Shown here in pieces: positions 42,179 through 52,098 of a stretch of 64,000 bases of DNA. The notes beneath the pieces were generated by a model, which did no database searches, had not been told where the DNA came from, and saw only the letters and a program-made list of their open reading frames with translations. This DNA comes from an uncultured delta proteobacterium (lineage in GTDB: Bacteria; Desulfobacterota; Desulfobacteria; Desulfobacterales; SG8-13), in the NCBI GenBank assembly GCA_963848135.1, contig CAWKCK010000017.1, forward strand, positions 1,282,538 to 1,346,537, in the 5' to 3' direction. Within the stretch, counting starts at the first letter, position 1. Each line of letters opens with the position of its first letter. The translations under genes and the position numbers were made by a program.

Positions 42179-43157
42179 GAACTGGATCGAATCGAATACC
42201 TTTCACCATGCTGAATTTAAGGATATCGATCGCCTGGTTAAAGCCAAACAACAGAAGAATCTCACCATTTCCCTATGCCTGCCCACGCTTAACGAGGAAA
42301 AGACCATTGCCAAAGAGATCGTCATCATGAAATCGGAACTCATGACCCTTTATCCCCTTTTGGATGAGATCGTGGTCATCGATTCTGGATCGATGGATGA
42401 TACCCGCAAAATCGCCAGATCATATGGAGCGACGGTTGTGGAAGCCAACGACATCCTGCCGCACCTGGAAACATTCAAGGGAAAAGGGGAGAACCTGTGG
42501 AAGGCGCTGTATGTGGCCAGAGGAGACATCATCATCTATATCGACGCGGACATTAAAAACATTCACCATCGTTTTGCATATGGCCTGTTGGGACCGCTGC
42601 TGCTTTCGGATCATATCCGGTTTACCAAGGCGTTCTACGACCGGCCGATCTCCGTGGGAAAAAACAAGTGGCGTGCCACCGGCGGTGGTCGGGTGACGGA
42701 ACTGGTGACACGACCGCTGTTTTCGATCTTCATGCCGGACCTGACCCAGTTTCTGCAGCCGCTCTCCGGAGAGTACGCTGGATATCGCAGCATCTTCGAA
42801 AACATCCCCTTTCACATCGGCTACGGCATAGAAACCGGCATGCTGATCGACATTCTGGAAAAATGGGGTCTTGATGTGATGGCCCAAGTCGATCTTGACC
42901 GACGGGTCCACAAAAATCAGGATACGAAGGCGCTGGGACGGATGGCCTTCGTAATCATCAAAACGTTCTTGAACCGTGTCCAGAAATTGAAGAGAGTGGA
43001 CATCAAGCAGGAAATTTTCGATGAAATGATCCAGTACCGCCTGATCAGAGACACACTTCAACCTGATATACACCTGCTCGAGCAGCACGAGCGGCCGCCG
43101 ATAATTCAAATCCCTGTGTATCTGGAAAAATTCTCCACCAGGGAACCTGATCCATAG
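42171..43157 (+). CDS. gpgS: Glucosyl-3-phosphoglycerate synthase (GT81)
   Basis: LPTLNEEKTI, IDSGSMDDT, GKGENLWK, IDAD, KAFYDRP, GGGRVTELVTRP, QPLSGEYAG, GYGIETG, RVHKNQ. Confidence 0.92.
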   Translation: MNKNWIESNTFHHAEFKDIDRLVKAKQQKNLTISLCLPTLNEEKTIAKEIVIMKSELMTLYPLLDEIVVIDSGSMDDTRKIARSYGATVVEANDILPHLETFKGKGENLWKALYVARGDIIIYIDADIKNIHHRFAYGLLGPLLLSDHIRFTKAFYDRPISVGKNKWRATGGGRVTELVTRPLFSIFMPDLTQFLQPLSGEYAGYRSIFENIPFHIGYGIETGMLIDILEKWGLDVMAQVDLDRRVHKNQDTKALGRMAFVIIKTFLNRVQKLKRVDIKQEIFDEMIQYRLIRDTLQPDIHLLEQHERPPIIQIPVYLEKFSTREPDP

Positions 43158-43272
43158 ACCATTTTTATTCTTATGGGCTTCATTTGAACTCAAAATATAC
43201 CGCACGCAAATTATTTCTAATGGTCGTGCAGACGCTGTAAATAGTTTAGCAGTCGGGGAATTTTCCCCGCAA

Positions 43273-43512
43273 ATGCTGCACCAGAACGGAGGGAATGATC
43301 AGCAGCGAAAGCAAGCACTGTCTGAATGCTTTAAGCAGCCTTGGGAAAGAAAAGCGGCAGCCAGGTACAGGGGCTGGTGGTACTACATCGACGGCAGCGA
43401 TCCGAAGAGTAAAATTTCTTTTGATCTCTTCCATTTGCTGATGGCAACCCGACTGGCCGAGACCGCCAAGACCTTCAGCGCGGCACCTTTGTTGACAGTT
43501 CCCGTGAATTGA
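43273..43512 (+). pseudogene. Chimeric remnant ORF: 5' part homologous to 24-107 (minus), 3' part a copy of the 32823 gene's C-terminus
   Basis: MLHQNGGNDQQRKQALSEC... vs MLNQSGGSDQQRKRALSEC...; then AARYRGWWYYIDGSDPKSK...PLLTVPV. Confidence 0.75.
43355..43508 (+). repeat. 154-bp direct repeat, right copy
   Basis: Matches 33769-33922 with 4 substitutions, all in the 3' part. Confidence 0.95.
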
Positions 43513-43517
43513 ATGGG

Positions 43518-43556
43518 AAATGAATCTCCCCGCACAAGCTGCAGGGAGATTCATTT
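43518..43556 (+). terminator. Hairpin after the right repeat
   Basis: aaatgaatctccc ... gggagattcattt 13-bp stem. Confidence 0.55.
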
Positions 43557-43659
43557 GATGGATTTACTTTTCAACTTATAAAGGGCGTCGTATGCGATTT
43601 TAATTTTTTACCCGAAGATTCGTGCACAGTTACAGGCATCGGTAAGGAAAGGGGGCACT

Positions 43660-45027
43660 ATGCTGAAACTTATGGCCCAAGCGTCACGCGTGGGATATCT
43701 CTTCCTGGTTCCGGGTCTTGTTCTGGCGATAACGGCCTGTGCCAATTTTTCTGCAGTCGACAAACCCATCTCTAAAGTGACCCCGATTTTTTCAAAGCAG
43801 ATTACGGGCGATCGCTCGCCCGAGCTGCTTGTTCTGGTGGCCTTCTCGGGCGGAGGAACCCGCGCGGCCGCTTTCGCCTATGGCGTGCTCAAGGCGCTCG
43901 CCGACACCGAAGTGAAGACCGAAAAGGGCCGACGATCTTTGCTGCACGAAGTGGACGCGATTTCCTCGGTTTCCGGCGGCAGCTTCACCTCGACCTACTA
44001 CGGTCTGCGGGGCGACAAGATCTTCGATGAGTTCGAAGACCGTTTTCTGCGCAAAAATGTCGAGGGCGCCCTGATCTGGCAGGTTCTCAGTCCGCTCAAC
44101 TTTTTTCCGCAGATGAGTACAATATACGGCCGCGGCGATGTGGCGGCCGAGTACTACGACAAGCATATATTTGACGGCGCGACGTTTGCGGATCTCAAGC
44201 GGCCGGGAGCCCCTGAGGTGATTATCAACGCCACCGATCTGGCCACCGGAATGCGATTTTCTTTCGTCGACGGCTTCTTTGACATGCTCTGCGCCGATCT
44301 TGATCAATACCCGCTATCGCGGGCAGTGACTGCCTCCTCGGCGGTTCCGATTCTCTTTACCCCCATCACGGTCAAGAGCTATGCCGGAACCTGCGGGTTC
44401 CAACCGCCGCCATGGCTGTTAAAAGCTGCGAAGGATACAAATAACACCACTCGCAAAGTCGAGGCTCGCACCCTGGAGGATTATATGGATCGCGAAAAAC
44501 GGCCGTGGCTCCACCTGGTGGACGGCGGCATTGCCGACAATCTCGGCTTACGGTCGTTTTACACCGCGTATAGCCTCCTGGGAGACGCCCGGGAGACCTT
44601 TCGAGATCTCGGCCACCCGGACGTGCGCCACGTTATCATCATCTCGGTCAATTCGTTTGCACACAAGGCGGAGAAATGGCCCCTGAGGAGGGCTGCCCCG
44701 GGACTCGCGGAGACGATAGGCAGCATCAGCTCGGATCAGATCGGTCGGTATAATTACGATACCATCGATATCGTACGGTATTCCTTCAATTACTGGACTC
44801 AACAGATCTCGACCCCTCAGCGCCCTGTGACCTTCGATTTTGTAGAAGTAAGCTTCAACCAGATCCACGACAAAGATCAGCGCCAGGCGCTCAACAACAT
44901 CGGCACGAACTTCGACCTCAAGGGCGACGAGGTAGATCTGCTCATCAAGTCTGCCGGCGAGGTGCTACGCGGGGACACCGAATTTCAGGCTTTTTTGAAA
45001 CGAACCAACGGACAAATTAAACCCTAA
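43660..45027 (+). CDS. Patatin-like phospholipase lipoprotein
   Basis: Lipobox ITAC; SGGGTRAA, SSVSGGS nucleophile, ASSAVP, DGGIADN. Confidence 0.9.
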   Translation: MLKLMAQASRVGYLFLVPGLVLAITACANFSAVDKPISKVTPIFSKQITGDRSPELLVLVAFSGGGTRAAAFAYGVLKALADTEVKTEKGRRSLLHEVDAISSVSGGSFTSTYYGLRGDKIFDEFEDRFLRKNVEGALIWQVLSPLNFFPQMSTIYGRGDVAAEYYDKHIFDGATFADLKRPGAPEVIINATDLATGMRFSFVDGFFDMLCADLDQYPLSRAVTASSAVPILFTPITVKSYAGTCGFQPPPWLLKAAKDTNNTTRKVEARTLEDYMDREKRPWLHLVDGGIADNLGLRSFYTAYSLLGDARETFRDLGHPDVRHVIIISVNSFAHKAEKWPLRRAAPGLAETIGSISSDQIGRYNYDTIDIVRYSFNYWTQQISTPQRPVTFDFVEVSFNQIHDKDQRQALNNIGTNFDLKGDEVDLLIKSAGEVLRGDTEFQAFLKRTNGQIKP

Positions 45028-45053
45028 CAATCAATTAAAAAGAAGGTTGCGAT

Positions 45054-46593
45054 ATGGTAAAAGACCGACTGTCAGCGACAGCAAGCAGGCCTCGCAAAGG
45101 CCTCGCACGCGTTATCGGCTGGTTCGTACGGGCCATTGCACTTACAGGGCTTATCACCATTACATTATTACTCGTCTGGGCCTTCGAGTCCCGAAAAATG
45201 CCGCCGCTATACATCTGGCACACCACACCTTTAACGAGTGAGTTCACGGCTCAAGATGCGGGACCCCACAGTACCCTAAAAGATTATCTTGAACAGGAAG
45301 AGCGGCTATTTCGCGAGCTTCAGGTGAAAATTTACGACAAGGTATCGCCGACAGCTGAGATGGCCACCAGCCGCTATCGCACCGGGGGCCTGCAGGATCC
45401 GGCGCAACTGCCGCGCAATTGGAACCGGACCTTCGAACTCGTGCCGGAAAGCATTCAGGGGGGCGCCCTGCTCCTGCATGGTCTCACCGATTCGCCCTAC
45501 AGCCTGCGCCGCATCGGTGAGATCCTCCACGACAAAGGGTTTTTACGTTCTTGGTCTGCGCCTGCCTGGTCATGGAACGATACCGGGCGCCCTGACGGAG
45601 GTGAACTGGGAAGATTGGGTGGCGGCCAGCCGCATTGCTGCAAGGCATGTCCGCGAACGGATCGGTCCGGACAAGCCCTTTGTGATGGCCGGATACTCCA
45701 ACGGCGGGGCTCTAACAGTCAAATATAGCTTAGACGCATTGGTTGATCCAAGTTTGCCACCGGCTGACAGACTGCTGCTTTTCTCGCCCGAAATCGGCAT
45801 CACACCGTTTTCAGCTATTGCCAACGCACACAAACTCTTTAGCTACCTGCCATACTTCTCGCAATCCAAGTGGCTATCTATCCAGCCCGAATTCGACCCT
45901 TTCAAATATAACTCGTTCCCGAAAAATGCGGCCCAAGAAGCATACGAAATAACGTCCGCTTTGCAAGATCAATTGAAGGAATTGCGTACCGCCGGCAAAC
46001 TGGCCAATTTTCCCCCGGTGATCACCTTTCTTTCCTGGATCGATGCCACGGTTGAAACATCCATGACCATCGATCGTTTTTACGGACAACTCGAAAACCA
46101 GGGCAACGAGCTGGTCATTTTCGACGTGAACCGTTTCGACCAGTTGACACCTTTTTATCCGGCCGGGGACGCCGCCACGCTCGAAGCCTTAGAGAACCGC
46201 TCCGACCTGCCTTACCGATTGACGATCATCGCCAACGCCGCTCCGGATACCTCAGATGTCGCCCAACGGACAAAGGCACCCCGCTCACCAGATGTCGAGG
46301 TGTCGGCCCTGGGCATGGCATGGCCGTCCGGCGTGTACTCACTGGCTCACGTTGCTATCCCGTTCCCTCTCGATGACCCGGTCTACGGCGCCGCTGAAGA
46401 CCCTAACGGGTTCTACAGGGGTGTGCCATTCGGCAGATTGCAACCACGGGGTGAGACCCACTACCTGACCGTGCCGCTGAGCCAATTCTTGCGGATCCGC
46501 CACAACCCGTTCTTCACTTATATCGAACAGCGTGTTATAGATGCGACCGACGAGATGCTGGGGCGAAGTCATGGCGCAACGCCTGGTACATGA
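45054..46593 (+). CDS. Membrane-anchored alpha/beta hydrolase; frameshift near 45540
   Basis: N-terminal TM; LLHGLTDSPY in frame 1; LPGHGT, GYSNGG, SLAH in frame 2; shift in gggttttt run. Confidence 0.85.
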
Positions 46594-46684
46594 TGGTGTC
46601 TATAGAGGATCCGCATAACTTAAGCTTCTGCAGTTATCAAACGGCAGTCTGCAAGTAGAGCGAATATCTGGGTTATTTTTTAGA

Positions 46685-47060
46685 AAGGATTAACACAACC
46701 ATCTGCAACAGCGCTCCAAGCGAATTTCTGGCACCACTGGCGCTGCGGTATACTGAGACCGTTGTCCACCTGAAACCCACAGTTCAATCGAGACAATCTC
46801 GATCGCCTCGAGAGTTTTTCCATAGCTCACAGGGAATTGTTGGCCTGGCATCGACCCAGGGCAGGATCCATGGTATTCCCCCTGCTGTTGAAGGAAGCGG
46901 TTGACGCCTTTTGCGACAACCTCGTATAGGATCCAGGATCTTTATTGGTTTCCGGTAACCTTTACGGCCCGGGATACGATGCCTTCCGTGGGGGCTTCGG
47001 GCGCACAAATCGGCCGGATGCACTCGCCAGGCTTGATGCCTATATCGAAAATAAAAAGAA
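46685..47060 (+). pseudogene. Decayed 3' half of a class I/II PLP aminotransferase
   Basis: Manual translation TTICNSAPSEFLA.LALR...DNLDRL...WHRPRAGSMVFP...FCDNLV*...G.LYGPGY..FR.GFGR; internal TAG at 46927 plus frameshifts. Confidence 0.7.
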
Positions 47061-47073
47061 CAGCGGAGGAATA

Positions 47074-47683
47074 ATGAAAATTCTGATCATCGGCGGATAT
47101 GGGACCATTGGTAAAACGGTCAGCGGGCAATTATCAAAGAAACATGACATTATCGTTGCCGGAAGGAGTTCCGGGGATGTTTCGGTGGACATAACCGATA
47201 GCCAATCGATCGAAGCCATGTTCGAATCCATCGGCAATGTTGATGCCGTTGTCTGTATTGCCGGCGAGGCCAAATGGGCCGCTTTTGAATGACCTGACCG
47301 AGGAAGATTTTTATATCGGTTTGAAAAGTAAGTTAATGGGACAGGTGAATGTGGTAAGAATTGGCCAGAAGTATCTGAATGCCGGCGGCTCGTTTACCCT
47401 TTCCACGGGAATACTGGCCGATCATCCTGTGGAATTTACCACAAGCGCTGCCATGGTTAACGGCGGTATCCACAGTTTCGTCAAAGCGGCCTGCTTAGAA
47501 TTGAAAAAAGGCATCCGAATCAATGTCGTCTCATCAGGTCTGGCGGCAGATGCTGTTGAGAAATATGAGGCGTATTTCCCTGGCCATAATCCCATACCTA
47601 TGAAAAAAGTAATAAATGGCTATGTAAAAAGTGTTGAAGGAAAAGGAACAGGCGAAATAATAAGAATGTATGACAATTGTTGA
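47074..47683 (+). CDS. Short-chain dehydrogenase; frameshift near 47287
   Basis: RBS ggagga; MKILIIGGYGTIG; SKLMGQVN, GSFTLSTG, RINVVS in next frame. Confidence 0.85.
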
Positions 47684-47808
47684 TGGGCACTATAGTAATT
47701 TATGAAATATTAGAACAATGTTTATGTGCGATTACGCGTTAGGGCCCATACATACATGGAAGGGCATTAACCAAAAACGATTCGAGCCGTTCTCCATCGA
47801 ACCCTGGC

Positions 47809-49197
47809 ATGCCGAAAAATAAAGACCTTTTGACTGAAAAGCCTTCCCGCCGTCATGGTGTTTGGCGATCCATTTTTCCGGATCCTCTCATCCCTCATTC
47901 CGACCGCGAACGGAAACGGTATCTCCTCAAAAACCTGATACTGCATTTCCGACCGTTGAGTGTCCCCGAAAAGACGCTCATGTTTTCGCTGACATGGGGG
48001 CTGGGTGGAATGGCGGCCGTTCTGATCCTTCTCCAATTCGGAACCGGGTTGTTGCTGAAATTTGCTTACGAACCCAATCCGGTAACCGCCTATTCGTCTA
48101 TTCAGGTATTACAAAATGACGTCACGTTCGGGCAGTTGATCCGTAACCTGCACCACTGGGGTGCAAACCTCTTGGTGTTGATCGTGTTCCTGCACATGTT
48201 GCGGGTGTATTTCACAGGGGCGTTTCTGCCACCGAAGCAATTTAACTGGATAATCGGTCTGGGTCTCTTTGGCCTGGTGCTGTTCGCCAATCTCACCGGT
48301 TATTTACTGCCGTACGATCAATTGGCGTTTTGGGCGGTAACCGTATCGACCGGCATGCTGGAGTACATCCCAGCCATCGGCGTCCGGCTGCAGGAAGTGA
48401 TCCGGGGCGGATCAGAAATCGGGCCGGCGTCTCTGCGGATCTTCTACGCCCTGCACACAGCCGTCGTGCCTGCGGTGTTTGTCTTTTTGATGGCTTTTCA
48501 CTTCTGGCGGATCAGAAAAGCCGGCGGCCTGGTCATCCCCCGGAAACCGGGCGAAGCCATCGAGACTGCGCCGACCCGCGTGCCGACCGTACCGAACCTT
48601 CTCTTACGTGAATCCGTTGTCGCCGTGATGCTTATTGCCGTTGTGATGCTGATGGCGGTTTTCTTCGATGCACCGCTCGGGGATCCGGCCAATCCCGGCT
48701 TGAGCCCCAATCCGACAAAAGCACCGTGGTATTTTGCCGGTCTGCAGGAGATGCTGCTGCATCTTCATCCCATGTTTTCGGTGTTTTTTATCCCCTTGCT
48801 GATTGTAACCGGTCTCTTGTGTCTGCCTTACATACGCTACCAGTCCGACACGCAGGGGATCTGGTTTGTCTCCTCCACTGGACGCCGGTTGGCCGTTTGG
48901 GCCTCAATTAGCACAGCGATCGTTACACCACTGCTGATTCTGATAGACGATCTTATCATCGAAACCGGAAACCTGCATTTCGGGCTACCGCCGCAGATCA
49001 GCAACGGGTTGATACCCGTCGCGCTTATTTCATTTGCCGTGTCGGGAGTTTATTTCATTGCGAAGCGTCGCTTCGCGACCGCGAACAACGAGGCGATTCA
49101 AACCGTGGTGATCGTGTTGCTCACCGCGTTTATCGTGCTGACCGCCACCAGCGTATGGTTCCGGGGGCAAGGAATGATTCTTGTGTGGTTGTTTTAA
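47809..49197 (+). CDS. petB: Cytochrome b of a Rieske/cyt b complex (b6-like + subunit IV fused, extra C-terminal TMs)
   Basis: Heme b His pairs H-x13-H and H-x14-H; TGYLLPYDQLAFWA; Qo motif variant KAPWYF. Confidence 0.9.
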   Translation: MPKNKDLLTEKPSRRHGVWRSIFPDPLIPHSDRERKRYLLKNLILHFRPLSVPEKTLMFSLTWGLGGMAAVLILLQFGTGLLLKFAYEPNPVTAYSSIQVLQNDVTFGQLIRNLHHWGANLLVLIVFLHMLRVYFTGAFLPPKQFNWIIGLGLFGLVLFANLTGYLLPYDQLAFWAVTVSTGMLEYIPAIGVRLQEVIRGGSEIGPASLRIFYALHTAVVPAVFVFLMAFHFWRIRKAGGLVIPRKPGEAIETAPTRVPTVPNLLLRESVVAVMLIAVVMLMAVFFDAPLGDPANPGLSPNPTKAPWYFAGLQEMLLHLHPMFSVFFIPLLIVTGLLCLPYIRYQSDTQGIWFVSSTGRRLAVWASISTAIVTPLLILIDDLIIETGNLHFGLPPQISNGLIPVALISFAVSGVYFIAKRRFATANNEAIQTVVIVLLTAFIVLTATSVWFRGQGMILVWLF

Positions 49198-49238
49198 GTT
49201 TATACCCCGAAAATCGGTAAAGAAAGATACCAAGCGAT

Positions 49239-49754
49239 ATGAAAAACAAGAATGATGCAGAGCAAACCGAACCGTCAGCTTCGAGGCGAAGCGTCTTGTC
49301 GATGATATGGGTGGGACTCGGTGCGGCGGCCCTGATTGAATTCGGTTGGCTGGTTTTCACCTTTTTTCGTCCCGCAAAGCCGCCGACCGCTGCAGGAGAC
49401 ATGAGCGCAGAGTTCGAAGCCGGCCCGGTGGGTCACTTTAAACCGGATACCGTGACAGCGTTTCCCAGGGGGCAATTTTACCTTGCCTGCCTCCAGGATG
49501 GCGGTTTTCTGGCCCTCTCCCGCCGCTGCACACATTTAGGCTGCACTGTTCCCTGGATTGAGGCGGAAAATCAGTTTATCTGTCCCTGTCATTCATCTGC
49601 CTTCGACATCAGGGGAGATGCCGTCAAACCGCCGGCGTCGCGCCCCCTGGACCTTTTCAAGGTCAGGATCGAAAACAACATTGTTAGGGTAAATACGGCC
49701 GATCGAATCAAGCGAACCGCATTCCGCGACAACCAGGCCGTTTACGCTAAATGA
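49239..49754 (+). CDS. petC: Rieske [2Fe-2S] protein
   Basis: Tat-like SRRSVL + TM; CTHLGC and CPCHSS boxes; PPASRPL. Confidence 0.93.
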   Translation: MKNKNDAEQTEPSASRRSVLSMIWVGLGAAALIEFGWLVFTFFRPAKPPTAAGDMSAEFEAGPVGHFKPDTVTAFPRGQFYLACLQDGGFLALSRRCTHLGCTVPWIEAENQFICPCHSSAFDIRGDAVKPPASRPLDLFKVRIENNIVRVNTADRIKRTAFRDNQAVYAK

Positions 49755-49791
49755 AGACAGAGAAACCCGTACCCCATTGAACACAAAAGAA

Positions 49792-52098
49792 ATGACAACC
49801 TGGAAAATAATCGGCATCGTCGCCACCACGGTGATCGTGCTCTCGATACCGCTCTACACCCTCAAAACCGCACGCGACGGCGGATCGGCTGAAAAGGGGG
49901 AAATTGCAGCCAAGGTTGAATTCGCAGGTAGTGACACATGCAAGGACTGCCACAAACCAGAGTACGACAAGTGGCTGACGTCCCACCACCAAATGGCCAT
50001 GGCTGTCGCCACCGACAAGACCGTGTTGGGCGATTTTGACGGCGCCGAATTCGAACTCTTCGGTGTAACCTCCCGTTTTTTTCGCAAGGACGGCAAATTT
50101 TTCGTCAATACGATAGGGCCGGGCGGCAAAATGGAAGACCTCGAAATTACCTATACCTTCGGCTGGTACCCGCTGCAGCAATACCTGGTGCCGTTTCCCG
50201 GCGGCCGCCTGCAATGTCTTCCGATTGCCTGGGATGTGAAAAATAAAAAATGGTATCATCTTTATCCCGACCGCCCGTTGGCCCCCGATGACTGGCTCTA
50301 TTGGACCAACAACGGCCAGAATTGGAACGGCATGTGCGCCGAATGCCACTCCACCGACCTCAAAAAAAATTATGACCCCGAAACCGACACCTATCAGACC
50401 ACCTGGTCTGAAATTAGCGTCGGGTGCGAAGCCTGCCACGGCCCGGGCTCGGCTCACGTCAAATGGGCCCAACTGCCGGATATGGCCCGCCCCGCATTGG
50501 AAAATGATGCGCTGATCGTCAAGACCAGCGGTCTCGATGCTCGCCAGCAGATCGAGTTATGTGCCCCGTGCCACTCCCGCCGCATGTCCCTGGAGGACAA
50601 CATTCATGCCCATGCCGATTTTCTGGATTACGGAATTCCGCAACTGTTAAACGAGGGCATGTATTTTGCTGACGGCCAGATTCTCGATGAGGTCTACGTC
50701 TACGGATCTTTTATGCAAAGCAAGATGTACGCACGCGGCGTCCGCTGCAGCGACTGCCACGACGTGCATAGCACAAAGCGCGTCAAGGAAGGCAATGCGC
50801 TTTGCCTGCAGTGCCACAAAGCCAGCGTCTACGATACCAAGGACCACCACTTCCACAAGCGTGAGGGCGAAAAAGGCGAACCGATCAAATCCGAAACCGG
50901 AGAGATCCTGTTCGAGGTCGGCTCGGGTGCCCTTTGCGAACAATGCCACATGCCGGGACGAAACTACATGGGCATCGATTACCGACCAGACCACAGTTTC
51001 CGGATCCCGCGCCCGGATCTCAGCGCGAGTAACGGCACACCCAATGCCTGCAACCGTTGCCACAGCGATAAAAGCAACCAGTGGTCAGTGGAATACATGA
51101 CAAAATGGTACGGTCAGAAAAAGCGCCCTCATTACGGAACGGTGTTGAATGCCGGCCGTCTGGGACAACCGACGGCCCTTACGGACCTGATCCGTCTGGC
51201 CGATGACCGGCTCTATCCCGCGATTGTCAGAGCCACGGCCCTGATGCACCTCGCAACATATGGAGGCATCGACAGCCGGCAGAGCCTCGAGCGTGCCCTG
51301 ACTGACGAAGAGGCCCTCATTCGCCAGACGGCCGTGCGTCATCTACCAGCCTCCGATCCACAGACAGATCTGGCGCGTTTCGGTCCGCTGCTTTATGACC
51401 CGGTGAAGGCCGTACGGATCGAAGCCGCGCAGAAATTGACGTCGATTCCCACCGAAAATATGACATCGGACTTGAAAACCAAATTTCAATCCGCACTGGA
51501 TGAGTACATATCGGCGATGGAGCGCACGGGCGATTTTGCGGCTTCCCGGCATAATCTCGGCAACCTGTATGCCAACCTGGGAGATTCGGAAGCGGCCATT
51601 GCCAACTACCGCAAAGCGATTGAAATCGACCGCTTGTTTTACCCGGCCAAGGTCAACCTGGCCATGCTCTATAGTCGCATGCAGGATAGCGATCGGGCCG
51701 AGACGCTATTGCGGGAGGTGGTTGGGGAATTCCCCGATCTGTATGAAATCAAATACTCCCTCGGACTGCTGCTGGCTGAAAAAAAGCAATACGAGGAAGC
51801 GACCGGGTACCTGGCGCAAGCGGCCGAAGGCCTGCCGCAGCGGGCCCGCATCCAATACAACCTCGGCCTGCTGCTTCAATTCCTTCAAAGAGATCAGGCA
51901 GCCGAGATCGCACTGCAGAAAGCCATTGACATCGAATCCGATAATTTGGACTTTCTTTATGCCCTAGCTGACTTCTATCTGAAACGAAATCGCTGGGATG
52001 ATGCCGGTCGCATCGCCGAATCGATGGTTGCCAAACATCCAAACCAGAAAATCGGGCACGACATTCTTGAATTCATTAAAGGAAAACGGCGTTCATAG
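49792..52098 (+). CDS. Membrane-anchored octaheme cytochrome c with HEAT and TPR repeats
   Basis: 8 CxxCH (CKDCH, CAECH, CEACH, CAPCH, CSDCH, CLQCH, CEQCH, CNRCH); LIRQTAV and AVRIEAA HEAT-like; NLGNLY, YSLGLLL, YNLGLLL TPR. Confidence 0.92.
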   Translation: MTTWKIIGIVATTVIVLSIPLYTLKTARDGGSAEKGEIAAKVEFAGSDTCKDCHKPEYDKWLTSHHQMAMAVATDKTVLGDFDGAEFELFGVTSRFFRKDGKFFVNTIGPGGKMEDLEITYTFGWYPLQQYLVPFPGGRLQCLPIAWDVKNKKWYHLYPDRPLAPDDWLYWTNNGQNWNGMCAECHSTDLKKNYDPETDTYQTTWSEISVGCEACHGPGSAHVKWAQLPDMARPALENDALIVKTSGLDARQQIELCAPCHSRRMSLEDNIHAHADFLDYGIPQLLNEGMYFADGQILDEVYVYGSFMQSKMYARGVRCSDCHDVHSTKRVKEGNALCLQCHKASVYDTKDHHFHKREGEKGEPIKSETGEILFEVGSGALCEQCHMPGRNYMGIDYRPDHSFRIPRPDLSASNGTPNACNRCHSDKSNQWSVEYMTKWYGQKKRPHYGTVLNAGRLGQPTALTDLIRLADDRLYPAIVRATALMHLATYGGIDSRQSLERALTDEEALIRQTAVRHLPASDPQTDLARFGPLLYDPVKAVRIEAAQKLTSIPTENMTSDLKTKFQSALDEYISAMERTGDFAASRHNLGNLYANLGDSEAAIANYRKAIEIDRLFYPAKVNLAMLYSRMQDSDRAETLLREVVGEFPDLYEIKYSLGLLLAEKKQYEEATGYLAQAAEGLPQRARIQYNLGLLLQFLQRDQAAEIALQKAIDIESDNLDFLYALADFYLKRNRWDDAGRIAESMVAKHPNQKIGHDILEFIKGKRRS

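Noticed and set aside
33769..43508. Direct repeat as a DGR template/variable repeat pair
   Set aside because: All mismatches involve an A, but not always in the same copy, most are synonymous, and there is no reverse transcriptase in the window.
45478..45728. Programmed frameshift or phase variation at gggttttt
   Set aside because: Same +1 pattern as in six other genes with unrelated contexts; sequencing error is more parsimonious.
46927..46929. Pyrrolysine/readthrough TAG
   Set aside because: Lies in a truncated, frameshifted relic; no pyl genes in the window.
49792..52098. Octaheme as HAO, OTR or NrfA
   Set aside because: No CxxCK motif, and the HEAT/TPR tail and heme spacing do not match what I can recognise of those enzymes; function left open.
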